Part shown: one piece after another, positions 29,804 to 40,962 of the stretch
Position numbering within the stretch: the stretch's first letter is position 1
Layout of the letters: each line of letters begins with the position of its first letter
Made by a program: the position numbers and the translations under genes
Notes under the pieces: model-generated
Told to the model about the DNA's origin: nothing
Seen by the model: only the letters and a program-made list of their open reading frames with translations
Database searches by the model: none
Assembly: GCA_021802045.1 (NCBI GenBank)
Contig: JAKABB010000005.1
Coordinates: forward strand, 1-61,724
DNA length: 61,724 bases
Source: a bacterium
Lineage (GTDB): Bacteria > Chloroflexota > Dormibacteria > Aeolococcales > Bog-877
Reading direction: 5' to 3'

Positions 29804-32144
29804 CCTGGGTCGACCCCTGCATGTTGAAGACGCTGACCGTCCCGCCGGGACTGAGGGGGACGATGACCAGGTTGGCGACCGGCCGCTCGGCGGGGGCGTT
29901 GACGGCGCTGGCCAGCGGGCGGCGCACCTGGGCGGGGTAGACCTCGAGGACGGTGGGGGCGCTCTCGCGGAGGGCGGTCACCTCCAGGATGGCCGCGCGC
30001 GGCCGCGCCGCCGCCGCCATCGCCGGCACCCCGCCCCGCCCGGCGACGGTCACGGTCGCGGTCTGCCCGCGGCCGAGCGGCCGGCGGACCCCGCCGAAGC
30101 CGGTCTGGGTGTTGAAGATCCGGGCCGGGGCCAGGGGATGGAGGCCGGCGGCCCCGAGGGGGGCGCCGGAGCCGGCCGTCAGCCAGCCCTCGGCGTCCAC
30201 CACCAGCTGCAGCGGCGCCGGGGACTCGTTCCAGACGGTGACCTGTCCGCCCCGGCCCACCTGGACCAGGTCCAGGGTGGCGGTCGTCGTCCCGTCGGCA
30301 AAGACGACGGCGGTCGCGGCTGGGCGCGCGCCCCCGGCCGGGTAGGCCACCAGCGAGCCGGCCGCGGCCGGGGCCACGGCGGTGAGGTTCAGCGCCGCCG
30401 CGGCCACGCCGGTGGCGGGGATCCCGCCTCGCCCGGCGACCTGGAGGGTGAGGGACCCGTGGGCGGGCAGGGTCGAGCCCGCACAGGGCAGGCCGCTGCC
30501 GCGGCGGGTGTCACAGATGCGGGCCGGGACCAGGGGGACGTAGAGGCCGGCGGCCGTGGCCCCGGGGGCCGCCTCGATCCAGCCCAGCACCCACAGCGTG
30601 GCCTCGGTCCGGCCCTGCCAGTTGTGGACGGCCACCGCTCCGGCCGCGCCCACCGGGACCTCCACCGTGCCCGCCACGGTCTGTCCCGCGGTGAAGTGGA
30701 GGGTGGAGGTGTCGAGCCCGGTGACGCCGGCCGGGTAGACCTGCAGGAAGCCGCTGACCGTGGGCCGGCTGGCCCCGACCTGGAGCAGCACCCCCGCCAC
30801 CCCCGTGGCTGGGACCCCGCCCCGGCCCACGACGGGCACGGTGGCGGTGGCGTTCGGGCCCAGCGGAGCGCGGGGCGCCCCCAGGCCGGTGGCGGTGTCC
30901 AGCACCGGGAAGGGCGCGACCGACACGTAGGCCCCCGCCGGCCGCGGCTGGGCGGAGGGGCTGGGGGTCGGGGTCGGCACCGGCGCGTAGGCGAAGGCGG
31001 CCCCCCCGGCCGAGCCCATCCAATCCGTGACCGTGACCGGGACGGTGCCCGAGCCCGGAGGGGCCACGGCCAGGATGGTGGTCGCGCCGACGACGGTGAC
31101 CGACCCGGCGGCTCTGGCCCCGAAGGTCACGGTGGCCGGGGCGATGAAGCCCTGGCCGTCCAGGGTGACCACCGTCCCCCCGGTGCCCGCGCCCCCGGAC
31201 GGGCTGCTGGAGGTGGTGGTGACGGGCGCCTGCCCCGGCACCGTGAACGGGAACCAGTAGTTGGGCAGCTGGCCGGCCGTCTGCACCACGACCGATCCGG
31301 CCACGGTCGGGCTGGGGGCGGTGAACGCCAGCCGGGCGGTCCCCCAGCCGCTGGCGGCCACCGCCCGCCCCTCCCACCAGCTGGCGGTGGGCACCGTGCC
31401 GCCGTCGACGTAGACCGTGGCGCCGGGGCCCGCGGCGCCGAAGACCGCGCTGGGGGCGGAGACCGTGGCGCCGGTCGCCGCGGCCATGGCGGAGAGGGTG
31501 GGGGCGGCGACCGGCGTGCCGCTGTAGAGGCGGACCGACTGGATGCCGGTGGCGGGGTTGCCGTAGCGGGACTGGAAGGTGGTGGTGTCCCCGGTCCAGG
31601 GGTCGTTCATCCAGATCGTCCCGCCCGGGCCCAGGCCGGTGAGGAGCACGAAGTGCATGTTCCCGTCCAGGGTCACCTGGGCGATGACCGGCTCGCCCGC
31701 CGCCAGGTAGCGGTCGATGGTGGCAAGGCTGGTGGAGGCGTACCCGGTGTACGTGACGGGGTGCCCCATGGCCCGGGCCGCCGCCGCGACCGCGCCCCAG
31801 ACCAGCAGGTCCTGGGCGACGAAGCCGCCGTGGGCCACCAGCCAGCCGTTCAGCTGGCCCGGGGTCGTCGCCACCCCGTAGGTGCGCAGCAGCATGGCGG
31901 CGGCGGTGAGGGCACAACCGTCGCGGCCGATGGTGACCGAGCTGGTGCCCAGGTGCGCTGTGCCCCAGGGCGCCCAGCGCTGTCCGAAGACCGGCCGGCT
32001 GGGGCCGCCGGGGCTGCCGAGGGGGGCGGTGGCCGCGGTCAGCCGCAGCGCCAGCGGCCGGCTGGCGGGGGCGACGGCGACGGTGGCCAGCGCGGTGGCG
32101 GCGGCGAGGGTGGCGGCGGCCCCGCGCCAGCCCGGGCGCCTCAT
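29772..32144 (-). CDS. Secreted C39-like cysteine peptidase domain protein with IPT/TIG and C-terminal repeat domains
   Basis: Signal peptide; [22 protein letters not shown]; IPT-like GGTVVTLDG; three [12 protein letters not shown] repeats. Confidence 0.75.
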   Translation of the reverse strand: MRRPGWRGAAATLAAATALATVAVAPASRPLALRLTAATAPLGSPGGPSRPVFGQRWAPWGTAHLGTSSVTIGRDGCALTAAAMLLRTYGVATTPGQLNGWLVAHGGFVAQDLLVWGAVAAAARAMGHPVTYTGYASTSLATIDRYLAAGEPVIAQVTLDGNMHFVLLTGLGPGGTIWMNDPWTGDTTTFQSRYGNPATGIQSVRLYSGTPVAAPTLSAMAAATGATVSAPSAVFGAAGPGATVYVDGGTVPTASWWEGRAVAASGWGTARLAFTAPSPTVAGSVVVQTAGQLPNYWFPFTVPGQAPVTTTSSSPSGGAGTGGTVVTLDGQGFIAPATVTFGARAAGSVTVVGATTILAVAPPGSGTVPVTVTDWMGSAGGAAFAYAPVPTPTPSPSAQPRPAGAYVSVAPFPVLDTATGLGAPRAPLGPNATATVPVVGRGGVPATGVAGVLLQVGASRPTVSGFLQVYPAGVTGLDTSTLHFTAGQTVAGTVEVPVGAAGAVAVHNWQGRTEATLWVLGWIEAAPGATAAGLYVPLVPARICDTRRGSGLPCAGSTLPAHGSLTLQVAGRGGIPATGVAAAALNLTAVAPAAAGSLVAYPAGGARPAATAVVFADGTTTATLDLVQVGRGGQVTVWNESPAPLQLVVDAEGWLTAGSGAPLGAAGLHPLAPARIFNTQTGFGGVRRPLGRGQTATVTVAGRGGVPAMAAAARPRAAILEVTALRESAPTVLEVYPAQVRRPLASAVNAPAERPVANLVIVPLSPGGTVSVFNMQGSTQVMVDVLGWIG

Positions 32145-32731
32145 CGCGCCACCGTGAGGGTGGCCGTGCCGACGCCGTCCACCGGGCGCAGGGGGGCGTT
32201 GCCGGGGAACTGGAAGCCGCTGACCGTGACGGTCCCGGCCCGGAGGGTGTCCGGCGCCACCGAGAGGGTGGTGCTGGCACCGGGACCGGGCAGGGTCAGC
32301 ACGTAGCGCTGGCCCCAGTAGACGAAGATCAGCTGTCCCTGCGCCCAGCCGCCAGCGGCGGCGCGCACCGTGACGACCGCCCGGGACCCGGACACCATGT
32401 GGGGGGTGAGGGTGAGCTGGCCCACCGCCACGGTGCCGCCGGCGTCGAGGGGGTACGGGTACTGGCCGGCCGGGGTGGGCTCCGCCGCCGGCGGCGGGTT
32501 CTTGCTCTTGGGGGTCGGCGCGGGCGTGGTGGCAACGGTGGCCGTGGCGGCCCGCGGCGAGGGGGTGGCGGTCGCGGGCTCCTCGGTCACCTGCACCGTC
32601 GGTTGTCCGGCGACCGGGTGGCCGACCTGGGCCCTGGTGTCCAGGGCGTGAACCACGATCGCCCCGCTGGCGATGGTGGCCAGGCACACGGCGGCGACGG
32701 CGGTGGTGTGGAGCGAGCGGGAATGGAACAT
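32141..32731 (-). CDS. Secreted or membrane-anchored hypothetical protein
   Basis: N-terminal hydrophobic helix, Pro/Thr linker, beta-rich domain; ATGA overlap with the peptidase gene. Confidence 0.65.
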   Translation of the reverse strand: MFHSRSLHTTAVAAVCLATIASGAIVVHALDTRAQVGHPVAGQPTVQVTEEPATATPSPRAATATVATTPAPTPKSKNPPPAAEPTPAGQYPYPLDAGGTVAVGQLTLTPHMVSGSRAVVTVRAAAGGWAQGQLIFVYWGQRYVLTLPGPGASTTLSVAPDTLRAGTVTVSGFQFPGNAPLRPVDGVGTATLTVAR

Positions 32732-33007
32732 GGCGAAGGGGGAGCGGTGCTGGGGCGGGTGGCCGAGATGGCGGGATCATCCGGTGCCCCGCGATCCCCG
32801 CCCGTCACCGTTGCAGGATCGCGGCAGGGTCGCGGGGCGGTGGGGGCGGCCGGCACCGGCCCGTCACCGTTTCGAGGCCGCCCCGTGCCATGCCCCCGGC
32901 GCTGGGGCCGGCGTGCGCCGCGGCCCCCTCGCCAGCGGTACCGTTGCGGGGCCGGCCCGTCGTCCGGACGCGATGCGGCCGGCGCACAGGCCAGGAGGAG
33001 GTGCCGC

Positions 33008-33541
33008 TTGGCCCCGCCCGCCGCGACCCCGGTGATCGGCATCGTCATGGGCTCGACGTCCGACTGGGACACCCTGCGCCACGCCGCCGACATCCTGGCG
33101 GGCCTTGGCGTTCCCTTCGAGACCCGGGTGGTGTCGGCCCACCGGACGCCGGACCTGCTGATGGAGTACGCGGCGGGGGCGGAGGCCCGGGGGCTGCAGG
33201 TGCTGGTGGCCGGGGCCGGGGGCGCCGCCCACCTGCCGGGCATGCTGGCCGCCAAGACCCTCCTGCCGGTGCTGGGGGTTCCGGTCCAGGGCCCCGCGCT
33301 GCAGGGGCTGGACTCCCTGCTCGCCATCGTCCAGATGCCGGCGGGGGTGCCGGTCGGCACCCTGGCCATCGGGCCCGCGGGGGCTGTCAACGCCGCCCTC
33401 CTGGCCGCCGCCATCGTGGCCCGCCGGGAGCCGGCGGTCCGGGAGGCCCTGGCCCGCCATCGGGCGGAGCAGACGGCGCGGGTGCTGGCCACGCCCGACC
33501 CCCGGACCACAGGCGGCGCCGCCACCCCACCGGGGGCGTGA
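33008..33541 (+). CDS. purE: N5-CAIR mutase
   Basis: [39 protein letters not shown]. Confidence 0.97.
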   Translation: MAPPAATPVIGIVMGSTSDWDTLRHAADILAGLGVPFETRVVSAHRTPDLLMEYAAGAEARGLQVLVAGAGGAAHLPGMLAAKTLLPVLGVPVQGPALQGLDSLLAIVQMPAGVPVGTLAIGPAGAVNAALLAAAIVARREPAVREALARHRAEQTARVLATPDPRTTGGAATPPGA

Positions 33542-34677
33542 CCGAGATCGTCGGGGTCGTGGGCGGGGGCCAGCTCGGCCGGATGCTGGCCATCGCCGGC
33601 CTGCCCCTCGACCTGCGCTTCCGCTTCCTCGACCCGGACCCGGCGGCCCCGGCCGGCGCGGTCGGCGAGCTGGTGGTGGGCGCCTACGAAGATCCGGACC
33701 GGCTGGCCGCCCTCGCCCAGGGCGCGGCGGCGGTCACCTGGGAGTTCGAGAACGTGCCCGCCGCGAGCGCGGAGCGGCTGCGCGCGCTGGGGCCGGTCTA
33801 CCCGCCGCCACCGGCCCTGGCGGTGGCCCAGGACCGACTCCAGGAGAAGCGGCTCTTCGAGCGCCTCCACATCCCCTGCGCCGCCTATCGGGCGGTGGAT
33901 GCTCCCGAGGCGGTGGGCCCGGCGGCGCGCGCCGTCGGGCTCCCGGCCCGCCTGAAGACCCGCCGGCTGGGCTACGACGGTCGGGGGCAGGTGGTGCTGG
34001 AGCGGGGCACCGACGCCGAGGGTGCCGCCGCCCTGGCCGCCCTGGGAGGCGTCCCCTGCCTGGTGGAGGCGTCGGTGCCCTTCGAGCGCGAGCTGTCCGT
34101 CATCGGAGTGCGCGGCGGCGCCGGCCGGGTCGCGGTGTACCCGCTGGTGGAGAACCATCACGCTGGCGGCATCCTCCAGCTCAGCCTGGCCCCCGCGCCC
34201 CGGCTCTCGGCGGCGCTGCAGGCGTCGGGCGCGGCCCTGTGCGTTCGCATCCTGGAGGCGCTGGACTACCGCGGCGTGCTGGCGGTGGAGTGCTTCCAGG
34301 TCGCTGGCCGGCTGCTGGCCAGCGAGATCGCGCCCCGGGTCCACAACTCCGGCCACTGGACCATCGAGGGGGCCGAGACCAGCCAGTTCGAGAACCACCT
34401 GCGCGCCGGGCTGGGCTGGCCACTGGGCTCCACCGCCGCCCGCGGGGTGTCGGCGATGGTCAACTGCCTGGGGACGCTGCCCGACGCCGACGCGGTGCTG
34501 GCCGTCCCCGGGGCCCACCTGCACCGCTACGGCAAGGCCCCCCGGGCGCAGCGCAAGGTGGGGCACGTCACCGTCGCCGCCGAGGACGCGGGCGGCCTGC
34601 GCGCGCGCCTGGCCCAGCTGGCGACGGTGCTGCCGCTGCCGGCCCTCGGCCGCGACCCGGCCGCCGCGGGCGCGTAG
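33538..34677 (+). CDS. purK: N5-CAIR synthase
   Basis: [43 protein letters not shown]. Confidence 0.97.
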   Translation: MTEIVGVVGGGQLGRMLAIAGLPLDLRFRFLDPDPAAPAGAVGELVVGAYEDPDRLAALAQGAAAVTWEFENVPAASAERLRALGPVYPPPPALAVAQDRLQEKRLFERLHIPCAAYRAVDAPEAVGPAARAVGLPARLKTRRLGYDGRGQVVLERGTDAEGAAALAALGGVPCLVEASVPFERELSVIGVRGGAGRVAVYPLVENHHAGGILQLSLAPAPRLSAALQASGAALCVRILEALDYRGVLAVECFQVAGRLLASEIAPRVHNSGHWTIEGAETSQFENHLRAGLGWPLGSTAARGVSAMVNCLGTLPDADAVLAVPGAHLHRYGKAPRAQRKVGHVTVAAEDAGGLRARLAQLATVLPLPALGRDPAAAGA

Positions 34678-34687
34678 CATCGCCTGG

Positions 34688-35758
34688 ATGCCGGCTCTCG
34701 ACGACGTCGTCGGCCACGCCGCCGCCGTGGCCGCCCTGCGTCAGCAGCTGGCGGAGGGCGGCGTCGCCCACGCCTACTGGCTGACGGGCCCGGCCGAGGT
34801 CGGCAAGACCACGCTGGCCCGGGCCCTGCTCACGGAGTACCTCGGGGCCGGCGAGCACCCGGGCGGCCTGGCGGCGCACCCCGACTTCTGGGGCGAGGAC
34901 GAGGAGCGCGGGACCATCCGGATCCGGCAGGTCCGGATGCGGCCGGACGAGGAGCCCGAGCGCTCCCTGCAGTACTTCCTCAGCCTCTCGGGCTACCTCA
35001 GCCAGCGGCGCGGGGTGCTCATCGCCAACGCCGAGCGGCTGTCCCTGGAGGCCGCCAACGGACTGCTGCGGCTCCTAGAGGAGCCGCCGCCCGGGGCCGT
35101 CATCTGCCTCACCACCTCCCGGCCCGACCACGAGCACCTGCCGCCGACCCTCCCCAGCCGCTGCCAGCCCCTGGGGCTGTCGGTGGTGGACCCCGGACTC
35201 ACCGCCCGCTGGCTTCAGGAGCGCCGGGGCATCGCGCCGGAGCGCGCCGCCACCGCCACCGCCCTGGCCGAGGGCCGCCCCGGACGGGCGTGGCGGCTGG
35301 CCACCGCCCCGGAGGAGACGGAGGCCATCGTCGCCGCGGTCGACGGCCTCCTCGCCTGCCCCGGGCAGGGAGCGGACGGATGGCTCGCCCTCAGCGCGGC
35401 CCTGGTGACGGGCGAGGCCGGCCGCGGGGCCAGCCGCGCGCTGCAGGCCTGGAGCGCCTTCCTGCGCGACGTCTGCGCCATCGCCGCCGGCGCCCCGGAG
35501 CGGGTCCGCTGGCCGGCCTACGCCCCGGCGGCCACCACCTGGGCCCAGCGTCTCGGGCTGGCCGGGGCCCTGGCCGCGCTGACCGACGCCACGGATGGGC
35601 TCAGCCGGCTGGGTGCGGGGGCGACGCCGCGGCTCGTCCTCGACCGCTTCCTGCTGCGCACCTTCGGCTCCGGGCCCCGATCCGCCATCATCGACGGTGG
35701 ACACGCGGCCCCCGGCGCCCCGACCCGGGCCGCGTCCGCCGCCCCCCACCCCTCGTGA
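34688..35758 (+). CDS. holB: DNA polymerase III delta-prime subunit
   Basis: HAYWLTGPAEVGK, HPD, AANGLLRLLEEPP, TLPSRC; followed by PSP1 gene. Confidence 0.85.
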   Translation: MPALDDVVGHAAAVAALRQQLAEGGVAHAYWLTGPAEVGKTTLARALLTEYLGAGEHPGGLAAHPDFWGEDEERGTIRIRQVRMRPDEEPERSLQYFLSLSGYLSQRRGVLIANAERLSLEAANGLLRLLEEPPPGAVICLTTSRPDHEHLPPTLPSRCQPLGLSVVDPGLTARWLQERRGIAPERAATATALAEGRPGRAWRLATAPEETEAIVAAVDGLLACPGQGADGWLALSAALVTGEAGRGASRALQAWSAFLRDVCAIAAGAPERVRWPAYAPAATTWAQRLGLAGALAALTDATDGLSRLGAGATPRLVLDRFLLRTFGSGPRSAIIDGGHAAPGAPTRAASAAPHPS

Positions 35759-35771
35759 GAGGATCCCCTCA

Positions 35772-36620
35772 ATGCCCCTTGTCATCGGTGTGAAGTTCCG
35801 GCGCCACGGGCCCCTCAACTACTACGACCCCGGGGGCGAGTCGTTCGCCCCCGGCGCGCTGGTGGTGGCCCAGACCGCCCGCGGCCCGGAGATCGGGGAG
35901 GTGGTCATGGCCGAGGTCGACCTGGCCCCCGAGCTGTGCCCGTCCCCGCTCCAGCCGGTGCTCCGCCGGGCCACCGCCGAGGACCGGGCGGCTCGCGCCG
36001 AGCTCGACGCCCGCGTCCCCGAGGTGATGCGCATCGCCCGCGAGCGGGTGGCGGAGCGCGGCCTGGCGGTGAAGATGGCACGGGCCGACCTCAGCTTCGA
36101 CGGCACCCGGATCCTGTTCGACTTCACCAGCGAGGGCAAGCTCGACTTCCGCGACCTCGCCAAGGAGCTGGCCGCGGCCCTGCGCTGCCGGGTGGAGCTG
36201 CGGCAGGTCGGCGCCCGCGACGAGGCGCGACTCCAGGACGGCTACGGGCCCTGTGGGCGGCGGCTGTGCTGCTCCTCCTGGCTGAAGGAGTTCGTGCCGG
36301 TGACCATCAAGATGGCCAAGGAGCAGGGGCTGCCCCTCAACCCGACCCGGCTCAACGGGATGTGCGGCAAGCTCAAGTGCTGCCTGCAGTACGAGAACGA
36401 GCAGTACGTGGACCTCAGGCTCCGCGTGCCTCCGCCGGGCAGCGTGGTGGAGATCGACGGTCAGGCCGGCCGGGTCACCGAGGTCAACGTGGTGCGGGAG
36501 CAGGTCTTGGTCACCATGACCGAGACCGGGACCGTCCTGGCGGTGCCCGCCGAGACTCTGGCCGGGGAACGCCGGCGGGACTCCGAGGGGTCGTCGCGCC
36601 GGCGCCCCGTCCGGGGCTAG
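35772..36620 (+). CDS. ricT: PSP1 domain Fe-S protein (RicT/YaaT)
   Basis: DFRDLAKEL, RQVGARDEA, GPCGRRLCC, GMCGKLKCCLQYE. Confidence 0.92.
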   Translation: MPLVIGVKFRRHGPLNYYDPGGESFAPGALVVAQTARGPEIGEVVMAEVDLAPELCPSPLQPVLRRATAEDRAARAELDARVPEVMRIARERVAERGLAVKMARADLSFDGTRILFDFTSEGKLDFRDLAKELAAALRCRVELRQVGARDEARLQDGYGPCGRRLCCSSWLKEFVPVTIKMAKEQGLPLNPTRLNGMCGKLKCCLQYENEQYVDLRLRVPPPGSVVEIDGQAGRVTEVNVVREQVLVTMTETGTVLAVPAETLAGERRRDSEGSSRRRPVRG

Positions 36621-36636
36621 GCGCCGCCCCCAACGG

Positions 36637-37308
36637 TCACCGCCGCCGCCGGGGGCCGCGCCGCCACCATGCCAGGCCCCGGACGGCGGCGGTCAGAAGG
36701 ACGACCGCGGCGGTGCCGCCGGCCGCCAGGAGGGCCGGCCGGCGGGGGCGGACCCGCGCCACCACCCGCCGCCAGCCGCTGGCCCTCTCGGCCAGGGGCA
36801 CGATCTCCATCGCCGGAAAGGGCGTGAGCGCCGGCTGAAGGGGGGCTGCCGCCGGGGCGGGGGCCTGCTGGTCGGCGCGCAGGGCCGCCCGGCGGGTGGC
36901 CAGCAGGACGCGGTGCACGGTCGCTGCCGTGGTGGCGCCGTCGAGTGCGGCCACCGCGCCGGTCCCCTCGATCGAGACCCGCACCGTCACCGCGGTGGTG
37001 GCCGCGCGGGCCTGCAGGGACACCTCCAGGTCGGCGGTGACGGTCCCTCCGCCGCGCACCTCCCGCCCGGCCAGGCGCCAGCGGACGTGCTGCCGCGCGG
37101 GGTCGGCCTCGGCGGCCCCGGTCCCGCGGTAGGTCACCGTGCGATCGCCGATGCGCAGGCGCCAGCGCATCTGCTGGGGGCCGGGCCCGCCCAGCGAGGT
37201 GAGCCCCGGGACGCAGGCGGCCAGACGCGCCGGCTCCGTGACGGCGGCCCAGACGATGTCCACGGGCAGGGGCACGACCACGGTGTCGTCGATGGCCAGG
37301 GCTCGCAC
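36637..37308 (-). CDS. CoxG/SRPBCC domain protein with C-terminal TM
   Basis: VPLPVDIVW..EPARLAACVPG, TYRG, GRE.RGGG. Confidence 0.75.
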   Translation of the reverse strand: MRALAIDDTVVVPLPVDIVWAAVTEPARLAACVPGLTSLGGPGPQQMRWRLRIGDRTVTYRGTGAAEADPARQHVRWRLAGREVRGGGTVTADLEVSLQARAATTAVTVRVSIEGTGAVAALDGATTAATVHRVLLATRRAALRADQQAPAPAAAPLQPALTPFPAMEIVPLAERASGWRRVVARVRPRRPALLAAGGTAAVVLLTAAVRGLAWWRRGPRRRR

Positions 37309-37388
37309 CTCCGTCGCTGCCGATGCGGCGTGCCCCGACGATACACCGCCGCCAGGCGGGTGGGCCCGAGCCGGGGGCGACGCGGTGC

Positions 37389-38039
37389 TTAGCCGGCGCG
37401 GACCAGCGTCGTCAGAGGCTGCCCCACCTCGTCGGTGCGCACCACCATGGAGCGCCCGAGGAGGTCCTCCAGCGCTCGCCCGTCGCGACGGGTGAGGAAC
37501 AGGACGGGGTTGAAGACGAACACCAGCAGGAGCAGGTAGATGGTCAGCGACGGCACCAGGAAGGGGAGCCAGAAGGGGACGGAGCGCAGCACCGCGTCGA
37601 TGGCCCGCAGGGGACGCCCGTCGACACGGGTGATGCGCAGGCGGAAGACCAGCTTGCCCACGGTGGCGCCGGCGTACAGGTAGCCACCGATGAGGTACAC
37701 CGCGGTCAGGGCCTCGCAGACGATGATCGCGTGGTAGAGGCCGATCTCCAGCCCCGGGCTGTGGGCCAGCACCACCGGGGGGGTCGCGTGCGGGTGCTGG
37801 GCCACGTAGCGGGCGTAGCGCCGCACCGGGGCGCCGATCAGGATCTCGGTGATGATGAATTGGGGGATGGCCAGGACGAAAAAGTCGACCAGCCCGGCGC
37901 CCAGCCGCTCCAGCCGGGGCCGGGCACGCCGGGACCCGTCACCGGGCGGGGAGATCGACAAGCCAAGTCCTCCAGGGACGGCGCCGGCTCCTCGCCTCCG
38001 GGGGCGTGCGGAGGGGCGACGATCCGGTAACGGAAGCAT
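37389..38039 (-). CDS. RDD family membrane protein
   Basis: RLGAGLVDF, GATVGK..RLRI, LEDLLGRSMVV; start uncertain. Confidence 0.8.
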   Translation of the reverse strand: MLPLPDRRPSARPRRRGAGAVPGGLGLSISPPGDGSRRARPRLERLGAGLVDFFVLAIPQFIITEILIGAPVRRYARYVAQHPHATPPVVLAHSPGLEIGLYHAIIVCEALTAVYLIGGYLYAGATVGKLVFRLRITRVDGRPLRAIDAVLRSVPFWLPFLVPSLTIYLLLLVFVFNPVLFLTRRDGRALEDLLGRSMVVRTDEVGQPLTTLVRAG

Positions 38040-38081
38040 ACGGGTGCCACCGATGGCCTGTCGCGCGCCTAGGATCCGCCC

Positions 38082-38297
38082 ATGTTGACTCGTCAGTGGT
38101 GGTGGCGGTTGCGCTCCCGGCTGGCGCCGACGATGGGCGGCGATCCTCGCGACGACCGGGGCCAGGGGATGGTGGAGTACGCGCTGATCCTCCTCTTCGT
38201 GGCCCTGGTGGTGATCTTGGCCGTGCAGCTCTTCGGGCACCAGGTCAGCAACACCTACTCCAACGTCTCCAACGGTCTGACCCGCGCCGGCGCCTGA
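38082..38297 (+). CDS. Flp/Fap type IVc pilin
   Basis: DDRG-QGMVEYALIL prepilin motif and hydrophobic helix. Confidence 0.9.
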   Translation: MLTRQWWWRLRSRLAPTMGGDPRDDRGQGMVEYALILLFVALVVILAVQLFGHQVSNTYSNVSNGLTRAGA

Positions 38298-38748
38298 CCG
38301 GCCTCGTCCCTGCGCAGCGGCGCGGACTACCCTGGGCCGGGTGCAGCAGCGCAGGGCCGGGCGGCGTGCGCGATCCAGGGCCCAGGGGGGCTGGCGGGCG
38401 GCCCGCGTCCTGCTCAGCGCCCTGGTGCTATTGGGCTCCACGGTGACCACCACGGGGGGGCGGGCGCCCACCATCCGCATCTGCCCGGAGGTCACCGTGA
38501 TCGGGGCCGGGGGCGCGCTGAGGACCCGGCCCCACTGTCGGACCGGGGACGGGATCGCTGTCAGCGGGCCCCGGCTGGTGGTGGCGTGGGCCCCGGCGCC
38601 GTCCCTCCCGGCTCCCCGGCGCGCCGGCCGCTGGACCTGACCGCGGCCGGTCGGGCGGCCACACCCCCTCTGCTACCATCCATGCGGTTCTGGGCCCGTT
38701 GCGGATCTGGTCCGCGGGGGAGCCCGGCGCTGTGAGGAGCCACCTTCC

Positions 38749-39045
<297 letters not shown>

Positions 39046-39215
39046 CCGGCTGCGCCTGAGGGCACGTTCCTGTGTGAACCACACGAACTTGGTGGTCTCG
39101 CATTAGGCGGAGCTGCACGAGGTTTGCCGCCAGGGCGGGCGCTACGGTGGAAGCACCGAGGTCCAGGACCCGCGCACCTCGGGATGGCGGTGGCGCGACG
39201 CCCGGGAGGTGCCCC

Positions 39216-40667
39216 ATGGCGATCGACGAGTACCTGTCCGTCGAGTCCCGGTCCGACCCCAAGGCGGTGATCTCCTACGCCCGCGAGCAGGGCGTGCGGA
39301 TCGTCGACTTCCGCTTCACCGACCTGCCCGGGCAGTGGCAGCACTTCAGCGTGCCCTTGACCGAGCTGAGTGAGGGCCTCTTCCGCGACGGCATCGGTTT
39401 CGATGGCAGCAGCATCCGGGGCTTCCAGGCCATCCACGAGAGCGACATGCTGCTGCGGCCGGATCCCCGGACGGCGTTCGTCGACCCGGTGCTGCAGGTG
39501 CCCACGCTGGCGCTCATCTGCGACGTCGTCGACCCCACCACCGGGGAGCGCTACACCCGGGACCCGCGTCACGTGGCCGACAAGGCGGAGGCTTTCCTGC
39601 GCAGCACCGGCATCGCCGACACCAGCTACTGGGGCCCCGAGCTCGAGTTCTACATCTTCAACTCCATCCGCTTCGACCAGAACGTCCATGAGGGCTACTA
39701 CCACGTGGACTCGATCGAGGGGATCTGGAACTCGGGCCAGAACGGCAGCCCCAACCAGGGGTTCCGCCCGCGGCAGAAGGAGGGGTACTTCCCGGTGCCG
39801 CCGGTGGACAAGCTGCAGGACCTGCGCAGCGAGATCACCCTGGCCCTGATCGAGGCCGGGATCGACGTGGAGGTGCATCACCACGAGGTGGGCACGGCCG
39901 GTCAGACCGAGATCGACATGCGCTACGACACCCTGGCCCTGACCGCCGATCGGGTGCAGACCTTCAAGTACATCGTCAAGAACGTCTGCTACCAGCGCGG
40001 CTTCACGGCGACCTTCATGCCCAAGCCGCTCTTCGGCGACAACGGCAGCGGCATGCACACCCACCAGTCGCTGTGGAAGGACGGCACCCCGCTGTTCTTC
40101 GACGCCAAGGGCTACGCCCTGCTCAGCGACCTCGCCCGCTGGTACATCGGGGGGCTGCTGGCCCACGCGCCGGCCCTGCTGGCCCTGTCCGCGCCCACCA
40201 CCAACAGCTACCGGCGGCTGGTCCCGGGCTACGAGGCGCCGATCAAGCTGGCCTACAGCGCCCGCAACCGCTCGGCCTGCATCCGCATCCCGACCTACAG
40301 TGACAAGCCCGCCCTGCGCCGGCTGGAGTTCCGCTCGCCGGACCCCACCGCCAACCCCTACCTCGCCTTCGCGGCCATGCTGATGGCCGGAGTGGACGGC
40401 ATCCGGCGCAAGATCGAGCCCCCCGAGCCGATGGAGATCGACCTCTACGAGGCGGAGAACGAGGCGGCCCAGCGGGTGCGGGACCTCCCCGGCAGCCTGG
40501 ACGAGGTGCTGCGGGCCCTGGAGGGCGACCACGCCTTCCTGCTGGAGGGGGATGTCTTCACCCCGGACGTGATCGCCACCTGGATCGCCTACAAGCGGGA
40601 GCGCGAGGTGGACCCGATCCGCCTGCGCCCGCACCCCTACGAGTTCTTCCTGTACGCCGACGCCTGA
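39216..40667 (+). CDS. glnA: Glutamine synthetase type I (beta)
   Basis: FDGSSIRGF, HHHEV, FMPKP..GDNGSGMH, NRSACIRIP, adenylylation-type DLYE. Confidence 0.98.
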   Translation: MAIDEYLSVESRSDPKAVISYAREQGVRIVDFRFTDLPGQWQHFSVPLTELSEGLFRDGIGFDGSSIRGFQAIHESDMLLRPDPRTAFVDPVLQVPTLALICDVVDPTTGERYTRDPRHVADKAEAFLRSTGIADTSYWGPELEFYIFNSIRFDQNVHEGYYHVDSIEGIWNSGQNGSPNQGFRPRQKEGYFPVPPVDKLQDLRSEITLALIEAGIDVEVHHHEVGTAGQTEIDMRYDTLALTADRVQTFKYIVKNVCYQRGFTATFMPKPLFGDNGSGMHTHQSLWKDGTPLFFDAKGYALLSDLARWYIGGLLAHAPALLALSAPTTNSYRRLVPGYEAPIKLAYSARNRSACIRIPTYSDKPALRRLEFRSPDPTANPYLAFAAMLMAGVDGIRRKIEPPEPMEIDLYEAENEAAQRVRDLPGSLDEVLRALEGDHAFLLEGDVFTPDVIATWIAYKREREVDPIRLRPHPYEFFLYADA

Positions 40668-40680
40668 TCGCCCCTCCGGC

Positions 40681-40710
40681 CCGGGCCGGGGCCTCACGGC
40701 CCCGGCCCGG
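40681..40710 (+). terminator. GC hairpin after glnA
   Basis: Perfect 13-bp stem CCGGGCCGGGGCC-TCAC-GGCCCCGGCCCGG; no long U tract. Confidence 0.55.
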
Positions 40711-40962
40711 TTGGGGCCCCAGGCCGTGTCCCCAGCGGCTCCCTGGGCAGCGGGCCGACGCCCCTGCCCCAGGGCCGGCCGCACCGTGACCACCGTCCAC
40801 TCCAGGTCTGCCATGTCCCCGTCGACGCCAACGCCGCGGTGGCGCCCCGCCACCACCCCAGGCGCCGCCGGCCGGCCCCCAGCGGCCGGCCTCCCCGGCG
40901 TTCCGCCCGCCGCCGCGTCCCCCCGGCCCGGGGCGTCGGCGGCACTTCGCTAGCATCTCCCG

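Noticed and set aside
39046-39215. Riboswitch or GlnR box upstream of glnA (also checked upstream of amt)
   Set aside because: No convincing consensus recognisable by eye
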